Source: an uncultured Candidatus Rokubacteria bacterium (GTDB lineage Bacteria; Methylomirabilota; Methylomirabilia; Rokubacteriales; CSP1-6). From it: a stretch of DNA of 64,000 bases. Numbering within the stretch: the first letter of the stretch is position 1; each line of letters starts with the position of its first letter. A program made the translations under genes and the position numbers. The notes beneath the pieces are model-generated. The model was not told the DNA's origin and ran no database searches. It saw only the letters and a list, made by a program, of their open reading frames with translations. Of this stretch, positions 22,763-33,529 are shown one piece after another. The stretch is from NCBI GenBank assembly GCA_963747235.1, contig CAVVEU010000029.1:32001-96000 (forward strand). Reading direction: 5' to 3'.

Positions 22763-24098
22763 CTCGTTCCTTGAGGCGCTCCACCCGGGCCTCCAGCGCG
22801 CCCTGGTGCAGCAGGATCTCGATGGCGTCGCCGGGGCGCGCCTGCGCGGCGGTGCGAACGATCACGCCCGACGACAGCCGGGTCAGGCTGTAGCCTCGCC
22901 CGAGCACGGCCAGCGGGGAGAGGCTGTCGAGCTGCCCGACCGCGGCGTCGAACCGGTGACGGGACGCCTTCACGCTGTGCCCCGCCGCCGAGGCGAGCCG
23001 GCCGCGCAGCTGCGCGAGCAACGTCGTCCCGTTGGCAATCCTAGCGACCGGGTTGAGAGAGCGCAAGGCGTTTCTGGCCAGAGACACCCGATGCGCGGCG
23101 TCCTGCCGCCGGCTCCGCGCCGCGAGGCCGAGGCGGGTGGTCAGCTCGTCGAGGCGCCGGTGCAGATCGCGCAGGGCGCGCGAGGCGTCGGTGAGCACGC
23201 GGCGCTTGGCGAGCGCGTCCACGCGCTCCCGCTCGCGCTCGAGACGATCGGCCATCGCCTGCTTGAGGGAATCGTAGAGGCCGCACAGCGCGCGGACGAC
23301 CTGCAGCTTCTCCTGCACCACCAGCTCGGCGGCCGCCGACGGCGTGGGCGCGCGCAGGTCGGCCACGAAGTCCGCGATGGTGAAGTCGGTCTCGTGGCCC
23401 ACCGCCGAGATCACCGGCACCCGGCACGCGGCGATCGCGCGCGCCACCCGCTCGTCGTTGAAGGCCCAGAGATCCTCGATGGAGCCGCCGCCCCGGCCCA
23501 CGATCACCACGTCCAGCTCCGCGATCTCCTGGAGATCGGCGAGCGCGCGCACGATCTCGCCCGGGGCCTCCTCGCCCTGCACGCGCACCGGCGTGATCAG
23601 GATGCGCAGGTCGGCGAAGCGGCGCGCGATCACGTGCAGCATGTCGCGGATGGCCGCGCCGGTGGGCGAGGTCACGATCCCGATGGTGCGCGGATACGGC
23701 GGCAGCCCGCGCTTGCGGGCGGCGTCGAAGAGGCCCTCGGCCTCGAGCCGGCGCTTGAGCTGCTCGAAGGCGAGCTGGAGCGCGCCCACGCCCTTGGGCT
23801 CGAGCAGCTCGACCACCAACTGGTATTCCCCTCGCGCGAGGTAGACGTCGAGGCCGCCGAAGGCCAGCACCTGCATGCCGTCCTCGGGCTGGAAGGCCAC
23901 GCGGCGGCCGCGCCCGCGGAAGAGCACGCAGCGGAGCTGGGCGGTATCGTCCTTCAGCGTGAAGTAGGCGTGCCCCGACGACGGCGTGCGCAGGTTGCTG
24001 ATCTCCCCCTCCACCCACACCGCCGGGAACTGATCCTCGAGCGACGCCTTGATCCGCGTCGCCAGCTCACTCACGGTGCAAACGACCCGCTCGCTCAT
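22743..24098 (-). CDS. xseA: Exonuclease VII large subunit
   Basis: WVEGEISN, GHAYFTLKD, RGGGSIEDLWAFN, GHETD. Confidence 0.95.
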   Translation of the reverse strand: MSERVVCTVSELATRIKASLEDQFPAVWVEGEISNLRTPSSGHAYFTLKDDTAQLRCVLFRGRGRRVAFQPEDGMQVLAFGGLDVYLARGEYQLVVELLEPKGVGALQLAFEQLKRRLEAEGLFDAARKRGLPPYPRTIGIVTSPTGAAIRDMLHVIARRFADLRILITPVRVQGEEAPGEIVRALADLQEIAELDVVIVGRGGGSIEDLWAFNDERVARAIAACRVPVISAVGHETDFTIADFVADLRAPTPSAAAELVVQEKLQVVRALCGLYDSLKQAMADRLERERERVDALAKRRVLTDASRALRDLHRRLDELTTRLGLAARSRRQDAAHRVSLARNALRSLNPVARIANGTTLLAQLRGRLASAAGHSVKASRHRFDAAVGQLDSLSPLAVLGRGYSLTRLSSGVIVRTAAQARPGDAIEILLHQGALEARVERLKERDDRHQV

Positions 24099-24102
24099 CG
24101 GA

Positions 24103-24202
24103 CCCCTCACCCCGGCCCCCTCACCCTACCCTCTCCCCATCGGGGGCGAGGGTCCCGCGACCTTCCCCCTCTCCCCTCTGGGGAGAGGGCCGGGGTGAGG
24201 GG
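24103..24202. repeat. Inverted pair of BoxC/REP-like repeats
   Basis: Forward copy at ~24117-24152 (plus a partial copy at 24103) and inverted copy at 24165-24202. Confidence 0.85.
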
Positions 24203-24559
24203 CGCGCAGCGGTCGCTGACAACGCCTCAGCAATGCGCTGAAGCACGCCGTCGGTATTCGAGAGCGCGTCATTGTCCCAGAACCGAAGCACCCGATAGCC
24301 CAGCGCCTGAAGGAGCGCGGTGCGCCCCGCGTCGTAGTCGGCGTGCGCCGCATGCTGGCCACCATCGAGCTCCACGATCAGCTTCCGCTCTCGGCAGCAG
24401 AAGTCGACGACGTAGGGGCCGATCGGTACCTGGCGCGCGAACTTGGCGCCCGAGGAGACGGCGATCGCGAAGACGGGCCCAGATGCGGCGCTCTGCATCG
24501 GTCTGCCGTCTGCGCAACCCGCGCGCGAAGTCGCGCGGTGATTCGCATACAACCAGCAT
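24121..24559 (-). CDS. DUF559 (Vsr-like, YcjD-like) endonuclease, one frameshift near 24455
   Basis: ARGLRRRQTDAERRIWARLR / KFARQVPIGPYVVDFCC..LIVELDGGQH..RT..L..GYRVLRFW. Confidence 0.85.
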
Positions 24560-24569
24560 CTCGACCTCA

Positions 24570-24604
24570 CCCCTCACCCTGCCCTCTCCCCAGAGGGGAG
24601 AGGG
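24570..24604. repeat. BoxC/REP-like repeat upstream of DUF559
   Basis: cccctcaccctgccctctccccagaggggagaggg. Confidence 0.85.
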
Positions 24605-24627
24605 TATGTAGGCCGCCAGCGTCTCGC

Positions 24628-25485
24628 TCATCGGGAGAGCTGGCGGAGGGCGGCGCGGTGGGTGTTGCGCATGAGCATCGCGATGGTCATGGGGCCGACG
24701 CCGCCGGGGACCGGGGTGATGGCGCGCGCCTTCGCGGCCACCGACGCGAAATCCACGTCGCCGGTGACCTTGCCGGTGGGCAGGCGGTTCATGCCCACGT
24801 CGATCACGACCACGCCCTCGCGCACCATGTCGCCGGTGACCACGCCCGCCCGCCCGGCCGCGACGCAGAGGATGTCGGCGCGCCGGCAGTGCGCGGCCAG
24901 GTCGCGCGTGCGGGTGTGGCACATGGTGACGGTGGCGTTGCGCCCGAGCAGGAGCTGCGCGAGCGGCTTGCCCACGAGGCGCGAGCGGCCGATCACCACC
25001 GCCTCCGCGCCCTCGATCGGGATGCCGTAGTGGTCGAGGATCTCGACGCACCCGGCCGGGGTGCACGGGATCGCACCCGGCTTGCCGCCGAGCAGGTTGC
25101 CCAGGTTCATCGGGTGCAGGCCATCCGCGTCCTTCTCGGGGGCGATCGCGGCCACCGCGGCGTCCTCGTCCATGCCCTTGGGCAGCGGGAGCTGGAGCAG
25201 GATGCCGTGGACGGCGGGGTCGCGGTTGATGCCCGCGATGGTCGCGAGCAGCTCGGCCTGCGAGCAGCCCTGCGGGAACAGGAAGTCACGCGTGGTGATG
25301 CCCACCTCGTCGGCCGCGCGCTTCTTGTTGCGCACGTAGATCTGGGAGGCGGGGTCCTCGCCGACCAGGATGACCGCGAGCGTGGGGTGCGCGCCCGTCT
25401 TCTCCCGGAGCGCGGCGACGTCGGCCTTCACCTCGGCCAAGACCTTCGCCGCGACTTCCTTGCCGCTCAGGATCTGCGCCGACAC
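24628..25485 (-). CDS. folD: Methylenetetrahydrofolate dehydrogenase/cyclohydrolase
   Basis: EKDADGLHP, PCTPAG, GRSRLVGKP, TPVPGGVGPMT. Confidence 0.95.
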   Translation of the reverse strand: MSAQILSGKEVAAKVLAEVKADVAALREKTGAHPTLAVILVGEDPASQIYVRNKKRAADEVGITTRDFLFPQGCSQAELLATIAGINRDPAVHGILLQLPLPKGMDEDAAVAAIAPEKDADGLHPMNLGNLLGGKPGAIPCTPAGCVEILDHYGIPIEGAEAVVIGRSRLVGKPLAQLLLGRNATVTMCHTRTRDLAAHCRRADILCVAAGRAGVVTGDMVREGVVVIDVGMNRLPTGKVTGDVDFASVAAKARAITPVPGGVGPMTIAMLMRNTHRAALRQLSR

Positions 25486-25487
25486 GG

Positions 25488-26282
25488 TCAGCCGGCGAGA
25501 GGGACGCGCAGACGCTCGATGGACAGCCCGCGACCGGTTTCGGGATCGATGCGGATCACCGCGCCCTGGAGCATGGCCGGCCCCTTGGCGGGCTCGAAGC
25601 GGTTCGGCATCCCCGAGAGGAAGCGGGCGAGGGCCAGCTCGGGCTCGACGCCGATGACCGAGTCCGTCGGGCCGGTGAGCCCCAGATCCGTGATGTAGGC
25701 GGTGCCCTTGGGCAGGAGCCGCTCGTCCGCGGTCTGCACGTGGCGGTGCGTGCCGACCACCACGCTCACCCGCCCGTCGAGGTGCCAGCCCATGGCCTGC
25801 GACTCGGACGTCGCCTCGGCGTGCATGTCCACCACGATGATCGACGTCTCGGCCCGGAGGCGCTCGAGCTCCTCGTCCGCCTTGCGGAAGGGGCAATCGA
25901 GCTGGGGCAGGAACACGCGGCCCATCAGGTTGAGCACCGCGACCTTGTGCGGCCCGGCCTTGATCACGATGGACCCGGCGCCGGGAGTGCCCGGCGGGTA
26001 GTTGGCCGGGCGCAGGAGCAGGTTCTCCTTGCCGATGTACTCGATGATCTCCTTCTTGTCCCAGATGTGATTGCCGGAGGTCATCACGTCCACGCCCTGC
26101 TCGAGGAAGGTCCGCGCGATCTGCGGCGTGACCCCGAAGCCCGAGGCCGAGTTCTCCACGTTGACCACCGCGAGATCGGCCTCGTGCTGCTTCTTGAGCT
26201 TTGGCAGCAGCATCTGCACCGCGCGCCGGCCCGGCTCGCCGAACACGTCGCCCACGCAGATGACGGTGAGCGGCTTGGTCAC
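25488..26282 (-). CDS. ymdB: YmdB-like metallophosphoesterase
   Basis: [36 protein letters not shown]; follows rny. Confidence 0.9.
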   Translation of the reverse strand: MTKPLTVICVGDVFGEPGRRAVQMLLPKLKKQHEADLAVVNVENSASGFGVTPQIARTFLEQGVDVMTSGNHIWDKKEIIEYIGKENLLLRPANYPPGTPGAGSIVIKAGPHKVAVLNLMGRVFLPQLDCPFRKADEELERLRAETSIIVVDMHAEATSESQAMGWHLDGRVSVVVGTHRHVQTADERLLPKGTAYITDLGLTGPTDSVIGVEPELALARFLSGMPNRFEPAKGPAMLQGAVIRIDPETGRGLSIERLRVPLAG

Positions 26283-27920
26283 TTGGCCACCTCGACCGCG
26301 CGGGTCTCGCGGATCACCACGACCTTGATGTGGCCGGGGTACTGCATCTCGGCCTCGATGCGCTTGGAGATGTCCTTGGCGAGCTGGTGGGCGTCGAGGT
26401 CGGAGATCTGCTCGGCCTTGGTCATGATCCGCAGCTCGCGGCCGGCCTGGATCGCGTAGCAGAGCTCCACGCCCTTGTAGGACATGGCGATCTCTTCCAG
26501 CTTCGCCAGGCGCTTGATGTAGCTCTCGAGGACGTCGCGGCGCGCGCCCGGCCGGGCCGCCGAGATGCCGTCGGCGGCCTCGGTGAGCACCGCCTCGATC
26601 GTCTCGGCCTCGACGTTCTCGTGCCCGCAGAGCGCCGCGTTGATCACCTGCGGCGACTCGTTGTACTTGGTGAGCACCTGCAGCGAGAGCTCGGGGTGGC
26701 TCCCCTCCTGCTCGTGGGTGAGGGCCTTGCCGATGTCGTGGAGCAGGCCCATCCGCTTGGCGAGCTGCACGTCGGCGCCGATCTCGGCCGCCATCATGCC
26801 GGCCAGCCACGCCACTTCCTTCGAGTGTTGCAGGCAGTTCTGCCCGTACGAGGTGCGGAACTTCATCCGGCCCGACCAGCTTGATCAGCTCGGGATGCAG
26901 CCCGTGCACGCCCACCTCGAAGCAGGCCTTCTCGCCCTCCTCGCGCAGGTGCTGCTCCATGTCCTTCTTGACCTTCTCGACCACCTCTTCGATGCGGGCC
27001 GGGTGAATGCGCCCGTCCGCGATCAGCCGCTGGAGCGCCAGCCGCGCGATCTCCCGGCGGTACGGATCGTAGGCCGAGATCAGCACCGCTTCCGGCGTGT
27101 CGTCCACGATCAGGTCCACGCCGGTGAAGCTCTCGAGCGCGCGGATGTTGCGGCCCTCGCGCCCGATGATGCGGCCCTTCATGTCGTCGGAGGGCAGGTC
27201 CACGATGGACACCGCGGTCTCCACCGTGTAGTCCGGAGCCAGGCGCTGGATCGTGGTGGCCAGCACCTCCTTGGCCTTCATGTGGGCGGTCTCGCGCGCC
27301 TCTTCCTCGAGGCGCATGCCGAGGAGCTGGGCCTCGCGCCGGGATTCGATCTCGACCTGCGCCATGAGCTGGCGCTTGGCCTCCTCGCTGGTGAGCCCCG
27401 CGACGGCCTCGAGCTTGCGGCGCTGCTCCTCGAGGGCCGAGCCCAGCCGCGCCTCCTTGTCCCCGAGGCTCCGCTCCCGCTCGCCCAGGGCCCGCTCGCG
27501 ATTCTGGAATTCGGAGTCGCGCCGGTCGAGCTGATCCAGCCGGCGGCCGATCTGCTCCTCCTGCTGCGCGACGCGTCGCTCCAGCTCCTGCAGCTCCCGC
27601 TGGCGGGCGCGCGTTTCCTGGTCCAGCTCGGCGCGCGCCTTGAGCGCCATCTCCTTGGCCTCGAGCTCGACGCTGCGGATCTTGGTCTCGGCGTCGCGGG
27701 CCCGGGCCTCGGCCTCGCGCGTCTTGCCCTCGGCGTCCCCGCGCGCCTGCTCGGCCAGCCGCTTGGCGTCGTCCACGATGCGGTTGGCGCGGCCTTGCGC
27801 ATCGGCGAGCGTGCGGGCTGCGACGGCGCGGGCTCCGAAATGTCCCCCGAGATATCCAGCGACGGCGGCGAGGAGGGCGACGACCGGCACCACCACCACC
27901 AGCCAGGTCATGGCGTTCAT
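26279..27920 (-). CDS. rny: Ribonuclease Y (one frameshift near 26870, likely sequencing error)
   Basis: N-terminal TM, coiled coil, KH motif [15 protein letters not shown] motif LLHDIGK. Confidence 0.95.
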
Positions 27921-28064
27921 CGATCACTCCATCCCGGGTCGTGACCCGGTCAGGATCATGTGCACTTGAGGTAGCGGGCGGCAAATAGCCGCGAAAGTTG
28001 ACGAATTATAGGCCCCACCGGGGAAGAAAGTCAACGAAGCGGGAGAGAGCTACGGAGACGAAAA

Positions 28065-28243
28065 CGCCCCACCTCTGCCGTGTGCCGACGGTGTTTCGAA
28101 CCTGGTATGCACCAGGTGGGCGCCAAAATGGAGGGCTTCAGGCTTCCCCTCCTAGGAGGGGCGTGCGCACCACCCTCGTGAGCGGCTCCCAATCTTTAAA
28201 CGAGGTTGAAACTTCCCCCCGGCATCACGCACAGCGTAGGGCC
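28065..28243 (-). ncRNA. ssrS: 6S RNA
   Basis: Typical position between zapA and rny; ~180 nt with complementary ends and GGGAGC / GCGCCCACCTG..CAGGTTC elements; ends approximate. Confidence 0.8.
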
Positions 28244-28279
28244 TCTTCTGTGTACCCCCGGCCCCGCCGGCGGGTCAAG

Positions 28280-28582
28280 CTACTTTTCGGGCACCACCGC
28301 GTCCAGGAGTTGCCGCAGCGCGCCGAGGCGGGCGGTGACGTCCTTGTGGTCCACGTCCTGCTCCTTGCGCTCCTCGCGGAGGCGAAAGAGCTCGTCGGCC
28401 ACGTCCAGAGCGGTGAGGGCCAGCACCCGGGCCGGATCCCCGCCGGAGGCCTCGCCGCGGATCTCCCGGGCGCGGCCGTCCACGAAGGTGGCGAGCTTGC
28501 GGACCCACTCGGGCGCCGCCTCGCTCCGGATGGGGTACTTCTGGCCCAGGATCTCGATGTCGACGCGCTGCTTCTCCGCCAT
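28280..28582 (-). CDS. zapA: Cell division protein ZapA
   Basis: VDIEILGQKYPI..LATFVD..LTALDVADEL; synteny. Confidence 0.88.
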   Translation of the reverse strand: MAEKQRVDIEILGQKYPIRSEAAPEWVRKLATFVDGRAREIRGEASGGDPARVLALTALDVADELFRLREERKEQDVDHKDVTARLGALRQLLDAVVPEK

Positions 28583-28673
28583 TTTGAAGCCCTCTTTGTA
28601 TTCGCTCGGCTCGATTCCCGGATCCGCTCGGCTCGCCTTCGGCTGTCACCTCGCCCTGCCACGGCTGCACGTC

Positions 28674-28919
28674 CTACTGGATGTCGAGCCGGTCGAGCTC
28701 CTTGAGGATGCCGTCCACCTGGGCCAGCACTTCCTTGCGCTCCTGCCGCAGGCTCGTGAGCTCCGCGCGCTCCCCTTCCGCGTGGTGGAGCTTGGCCTCG
28801 AGGCCCGCGACCTTGGCCTGCAGGTTGTCGCGCTCCTTGCGCAGCCGGGTGATCGTCTCCGCGGCGCGGCGCACCGACTTCTCGAGCTGCTCGAGCCGTT
28901 CCGTCAGCCCCTCGGCCAT
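28674..28919 (-). CDS. ZapB-like coiled-coil protein
   Basis: 81-aa coiled coil between pheT and zapA. Confidence 0.7.
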   Translation of the reverse strand: MAEGLTERLEQLEKSVRRAAETITRLRKERDNLQAKVAGLEAKLHHAEGERAELTSLRQERKEVLAQVDGILKELDRLDIQ

Positions 28920-28930
28920 CCGGTCCTCCG

Positions 28931-31366
28931 TCACGCGCCGCGGACCTCGGCCCGGAAGCGCTTGGCGATCTCCGCGACGATGCGCTCGTGCAGCCGGTTC
29001 ACCTCGGCGTCGGTGAGGGTGCGGTCGGGCGCCTGGAAGGTGAGGCTCCAGGCGAGACTGCGCCGGCCCGCGCCCACCTGGCCGCCAGTGTACACGTCGA
29101 ACAGGGTGATGCGGGTGAGCAGCTCGATGGCCAGCGCGCGGATGGCCGCCTCGACCTCGCCGGCCGTCACCTCGCCGCCGACCACGATCGCCAGGTCGCG
29201 CTGGACCGCGGGGAAGCGGGGCAGCGGCTCGTACTTCGCCACCGGGATCGGCAGGCCGGCCAGCGCGGTCACCGAGAGCTCGGCCACGAAGACCGGCCCG
29301 GGCAGGTCGAACACCTCGCGCGCCGCCAGCGCCACCTCGCCGAACCAGCCCAGCTCGAGCGGGCCCCGCACCAGCCGGGCCGCGCGCCCGGGCTCGAGGT
29401 ACGCGGGCGCCTGCTCCGCGGGCCAGACGCTCGTCTCCGCGTCGGTCAGCCCGGCGGCCTGGAGCGCCAGCTCGGCCAGGCCCTTGGCGTCGTAGACGTC
29501 CACGCGATCGCGGCCGCCCGTGAACCAGGCGCGGGGCGCGCGCAGGCCGGTCAGCGCGATGCCGAGGCGGAGCTCCTCGTGCGCGGGGCGATCGCCGTCC
29601 TCGGGCCGATGCGGCGCGAAGACATTGCCCACCTCGAAGAGCCGCGCGTCCGGCATCTGCCGGTTCGCGTTGATCGCGAGCACCTCCAGGAGCCCGGGGA
29701 TGAGCGAGGGGCGCAGCACCGAGCGCTCGATCGAGGACGGGTTCTGCAGCGTGATCAGGCCGGCGGCATCGTCCCAGCCCATGCGCTTGAGCCGGTCCGG
29801 ATCGAGGAAGCTCCAGCTCACGCACTCGAAGAGGCCGGCCGCGTTCAGCGCCCGGCTCATCACGCGCGCCACCCGCAGGCCGGCCGGGCGCTTGACCGGC
29901 ATGATCTCGCCGCCGCCCGCGAGCGTCAGCGGGATCTGATCGTAGCCCCAGATCCGGACGATCTCCTCGACCAGGTCGTCCTCCTGGTGCACGTCGCGCC
30001 GGAAGCTCGGCACCACCACCTGCAGGTCGTCGCCCGAGTCGTCCACCGCGAAGCCCAGCATTTGTAGGATATGGACGGCGTCCGCGCGCGGCGGGCATAC
30101 CCCGACGACGCGCTCGACTCGCGCGAGGCGGAGGGTGATTCGCCGGTGCGGCCGCGGAGCTGGATAGGCGTCGAGCACGCCGCGCGCCACCGTGCCGCCG
30201 CCCAGGTCGGCCATGAGCTGCGCGGCGCGCGCCAGCACGTCGGGCGGCGCCTCGATGTCGCCACCGCGCTCGAATCGGTAGGCCGCATCGGTCGACAGCC
30301 CGAGCGCCTTTGATGTCCGCCGGATCGAGCCCGGATCCCAGTAGGCGGCCTCGAGCAGCACGCTGGTGGTGGACGCGGTCACCTCGCTGTCGGCGCCGCC
30401 CATGACGCCGCCGATGCCGACCGCGTGCTCGGGATCGCAGACCAGCGCGGTGTCCGGCCCGATCGCGCGCTCCTGGCCGTCCAGCGTCTTCATGCGCTCC
30501 CCGGGCCGCGCGCGCCGCACCACGACCGTGTGCTGGGCCAGCGTGTCCCGGTCGAAGGCGTGGAGCGGCTGGCCCATCTCCCACATGATGTAGTTGGTCA
30601 CGTCCACCAGGTTGTTGATGGGCCGCAGACCCACCGCGCGCAGGCGCTGGGCCAGCCACGGCGGCGACGGCTTCACGGTGAGCCCGGTGATCACGCGCGC
30701 GCAGAAGCGCGGGCACAGATCGGGCGCCTGGATGTCGAGCGCGGCGAGCGCGGAAGCCTCCGGCTCGCCCTCGGTGACCAGCACCTTGGGGAAGCGGAAC
30801 GGGGCGCCGGTGAGCGCGGCGACCTCGCGGGCCACCCCGACCACCGAGAGCGCGTCCGGCCGGTTCGGAGTGATCTCGACGTCGAGGATCCAGTCGTCCA
30901 GGCCCAGGTAGCGCACGAGGTCGGCGCCGAGCGGGGCCTCCGCGGGCAGCAGCAGGAGCCCGCTGTGATCGTCGCTGATCCCCAGCTCCTTCTCCGAGCA
31001 CAGGATGCCTTCCGAGACGACCCCGCGGATCTTGGCCGCCTTCACCTCGCCCAGTCCGGGCAGCCGCGCGCCCGGCGGCGCGAACGCCGCGCGCACCCCC
31101 GCCGCCGCGTTGGGCGCGCCGCAGACCACCGAGTAGCGGCGGTCGGGCAGCGCCACCCGCACGAGCTGGTTGTGGTGGCCGGCCGCGCTCACGCCCAGGT
31201 CCCGCTCGATCGCCTCGATCTCGCCCACGACCACGCCGGCGAGGCCTTCCACCACCGGGGCGATCTGCTCCACGCCGATCCCCGCGTTGGTCAGGCGGTC
31301 GGCCACCGCGCGCGCGTCGAGCTCGGTCTCCACGAACTCCTTCAGCCAGCGGAACGAGATCTTCAT
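28931..31366 (-). CDS. pheT: Phenylalanine--tRNA ligase beta subunit
   Basis: MKISFRWL, VCGAPN, ITPNRPD, YRFERG, FDX-ACB C-terminus. Confidence 0.97.
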   Translation of the reverse strand: MKISFRWLKEFVETELDARAVADRLTNAGIGVEQIAPVVEGLAGVVVGEIEAIERDLGVSAAGHHNQLVRVALPDRRYSVVCGAPNAAAGVRAAFAPPGARLPGLGEVKAAKIRGVVSEGILCSEKELGISDDHSGLLLLPAEAPLGADLVRYLGLDDWILDVEITPNRPDALSVVGVAREVAALTGAPFRFPKVLVTEGEPEASALAALDIQAPDLCPRFCARVITGLTVKPSPPWLAQRLRAVGLRPINNLVDVTNYIMWEMGQPLHAFDRDTLAQHTVVVRRARPGERMKTLDGQERAIGPDTALVCDPEHAVGIGGVMGGADSEVTASTTSVLLEAAYWDPGSIRRTSKALGLSTDAAYRFERGGDIEAPPDVLARAAQLMADLGGGTVARGVLDAYPAPRPHRRITLRLARVERVVGVCPPRADAVHILQMLGFAVDDSGDDLQVVVPSFRRDVHQEDDLVEEIVRIWGYDQIPLTLAGGGEIMPVKRPAGLRVARVMSRALNAAGLFECVSWSFLDPDRLKRMGWDDAAGLITLQNPSSIERSVLRPSLIPGLLEVLAINANRQMPDARLFEVGNVFAPHRPEDGDRPAHEELRLGIALTGLRAPRAWFTGGRDRVDVYDAKGLAELALQAAGLTDAETSVWPAEQAPAYLEPGRAARLVRGPLELGWFGEVALAAREVFDLPGPVFVAELSVTALAGLPIPVAKYEPLPRFPAVQRDLAIVVGGEVTAGEVEAAIRALAIELLTRITLFDVYTGGQVGAGRRSLAWSLTFQAPDRTLTDAEVNRLHERIVAEIAKRFRAEVRGA

Positions 31367-32406
31367 CGCCCGGGCAGGCCGGCGAACTGCTGCAGGAAGC
31401 GCAGATCGTTGTCGAAGAAGAGCCGGATGTCGTCGATCTCGTACTTGAGCAGGGCGATGCGGTCGATCCCCATGCCGAAGGCCCACCCGGTGACTTCCTC
31501 GGGGTCGTAGCCCACGTTGCGGAGCACGTTGGGATGGACCATGCCCGAGCCCAGGATCTCGAGCCACCCCGACTCCTTGCAGAAGCGACAGCCGTCGCCG
31601 CCGCACTTGAAGCAGCGCACGTCCACCTCGGCGGACGGCTCGGTGAACGGGAAGAACGAGGGGCGGAAGCGCACGGTGGACCTGGGCCCGAACATCTCCC
31701 GGGCGAAGAGCTGGAGCGTGGCCTTCAGATCCGCCATCGTGATGTGCTTGTCCACCGCGAGGCCTTCCACCTGGTGGAACATCGGCGAGTGGGTCGCGTC
31801 GAGGATGTCGCGCCGGTAGACCTTGCCCAGGCAGATGATCCGCACCGGCGGCGGCTGCGCCTTCATGGTGCGGATCTGCACCGGGGAGGTGTGCGTGCGC
31901 AGGAGCGTGTCGGGCCCGATGTGGAAGGTGTCCTGCATGTCCCGCGCGGGGTGATCGTCGGGGAAATTCAGCGCCGCGAAGTTGTAGTAGTCCGACTCCA
32001 CCTCCGGCCCTTCCGCCACCGAGAAGCCCAGCCCCTCGAAGACCTCGATGATCTCCTCGGTGACCCGGGTGATCGGATGCACCGGGCCCGGAGCCGGGCG
32101 GCGGCCGGGCAGCGTGAGATCGGGGCGATCGGCCTGCCGGGTGAGGCGACGCTCTTCCGCCTTGAGCCCCTCGAGCCGCTGCGCGATGGCGGCCTCGACC
32201 TCTGCCTTGGCCTGATTGGTCTGCTCGCCGATCTTCGGGCGCTCCGCGGCCGGGACGGCGCCGAGCGAGCGCAGGAGCGTGGTGAGCTGGCCCGAGCGGC
32301 CGAGCACGCGCACCCGCACCTGCTCGAGGTCGGACGTGGAGCGGGCCCCGGCGACCTCCGCCAGGGCCCGGTCGAGGACTTCCTGGACCCGCGGGTCCCC
32401 CGCCAC
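31363..32406 (-). CDS. pheS: Phenylalanine--tRNA ligase alpha subunit
   Basis: HPARDMQDTF, RTHTSPVQ, FPFTEPS. Confidence 0.97.
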   Translation of the reverse strand: MAGDPRVQEVLDRALAEVAGARSTSDLEQVRVRVLGRSGQLTTLLRSLGAVPAAERPKIGEQTNQAKAEVEAAIAQRLEGLKAEERRLTRQADRPDLTLPGRRPAPGPVHPITRVTEEIIEVFEGLGFSVAEGPEVESDYYNFAALNFPDDHPARDMQDTFHIGPDTLLRTHTSPVQIRTMKAQPPPVRIICLGKVYRRDILDATHSPMFHQVEGLAVDKHITMADLKATLQLFAREMFGPRSTVRFRPSFFPFTEPSAEVDVRCFKCGGDGCRFCKESGWLEILGSGMVHPNVLRNVGYDPEEVTGWAFGMGIDRIALLKYEIDDIRLFFDNDLRFLQQFAGLPGR

Positions 32407-32408
32407 GC

Positions 32409-32765
32409 TCAGGCGCGCTGGGCGCGAGCCGTCTCGGCCAGCTTGGCGAAGGCCGTCGGATCGGATACGGCCAGCTCGGCGAGGATCTTGCGATCCAGCG
32501 CGATGCCGGCCTTCTTGAGCCCCGCCATGAAGACGGAGTACGACAGCCCGACCTGCCGGCACGCCGCGTTCACCCGGATGATCCAGAGCGCCCGCGCCCG
32601 CCGCTTCTTCTGCTTGCGTCCCCGGTAGGCGAAGGCGCCGGCGCGCAGCACCGTCTCCGAGGCCGGGCGGAAGAGCTTGCGCCGTCCGCCGAAATACCCC
32701 TTCGCCTGCTTGAGGACCTTCTTCCTGCGCTGGCGGGTCTTGGCCCCGCCCTTTGCCCGTGGCAT
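32409..32765 (-). CDS. rplT: 50S ribosomal protein L20
   Basis: [26 protein letters not shown]. Confidence 0.97.
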   Translation of the reverse strand: MPRAKGGAKTRQRRKKVLKQAKGYFGGRRKLFRPASETVLRAGAFAYRGRKQKKRRARALWIIRVNAACRQVGLSYSVFMAGLKKAGIALDRKILAELAVSDPTAFAKLAETARAQRA

Positions 32766-32777
32766 GAGTTCTTCTCC

Positions 32778-32975
32778 TTAGAGGTACGGAACCAGACGCT
32801 TGATGCGCGGCTCGTCCACCTTCGCGACCAGGACCGCCTTCCCCAGGCGCCGCCTGCGCTTGGGGGACTTGGCCTCGAGCTTGTGCCGCTTCCAGCCGCG
32901 GTTGCGCTTGAGCCGGCCGGTGCCGGTGGCCTTGAACCGCTTGGCCGCCGCCCGCTTCGTCTTCATCTTCGGCAT
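32778..32975 (-). CDS. rpmI: 50S ribosomal protein L35
   Basis: [14 protein letters not shown]. Confidence 0.96.
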   Translation of the reverse strand: MPKMKTKRAAAKRFKATGTGRLKRNRGWKRHKLEAKSPKRRRRLGKAVLVAKVDEPRIKRLVPYL

Positions 32976-32985
32976 CGACGTGCTC

Positions 32986-33501
32986 CTAGTGTGGTTTCGG
33001 CGAGAGGATCATGCTGAGCATGCGGCCTTCCATCCGGGGATGGTTCTCGATGACCGCGATGTCCTGCATGCCCTCCACCATCTTGTTGAGCATCTTCCAG
33101 CCGAGCTCGGTGTGCGCCATCTCGCGGCCCTTGAAGCGCACCGTCACCTTGGCCTTGTTGCCTTCCTCCAGGAACCGCCGCACGTGCTTGGCCTTGAAGT
33201 CGAAATCGTGCGTGTCGGTCTTGGGTCCGAGCTTCACTTCCTTCACCTGGATGATCGTCTGCTTCTTGCGCGCGTCCTTCTGCCGCCGCGCCTGCATGTA
33301 CTTGTACTTGCCGAAATCCATGATCCGGCACACCGGCGGCTGCGCCTCCGCGGCCACCTCCACCAGATCCATCTCCCGCTGCCGGGCCAGCTCCAGCGCC
33401 TGCGCGATCGGCAGGATCCCGAGCTGCTCGCCGTCGGCCGACACCACCCGCACTTCCCTCACCCGAATGCCTTCATTGATCCGGATGTCCTTTGACTGGA
33501 T
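32986..33501 (-). CDS. infC: Translation initiation factor IF-3 (probable ATC start)
   Basis: [30 protein letters not shown]; AAGGAG lies 6 nt before an in-frame ATC at 33501. Confidence 0.95.
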   Translation of the reverse strand: MQSKDIRINEGIRVREVRVVSADGEQLGILPIAQALELARQREMDLVEVAAEAQPPVCRIMDFGKYKYMQARRQKDARKKQTIIQVKEVKLGPKTDTHDFDFKAKHVRRFLEEGNKAKVTVRFKGREMAHTELGWKMLNKMVEGMQDIAVIENHPRMEGRMLSMILSPKPH

Positions 33502-33529
33502 GGCGCGCTCCTTGGGGTGCGGGGCCGGC

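Noticed and set aside
26860-26880. Frameshift in rny, and similar ones in the kinase, liv genes, amidase and crcB, as programmed frameshifting or pseudogenisation
   Set aside because: Single-base indels, often in G/C runs, are scattered across many unrelated genes with otherwise intact motifs. Long-read error is the simplest explanation.
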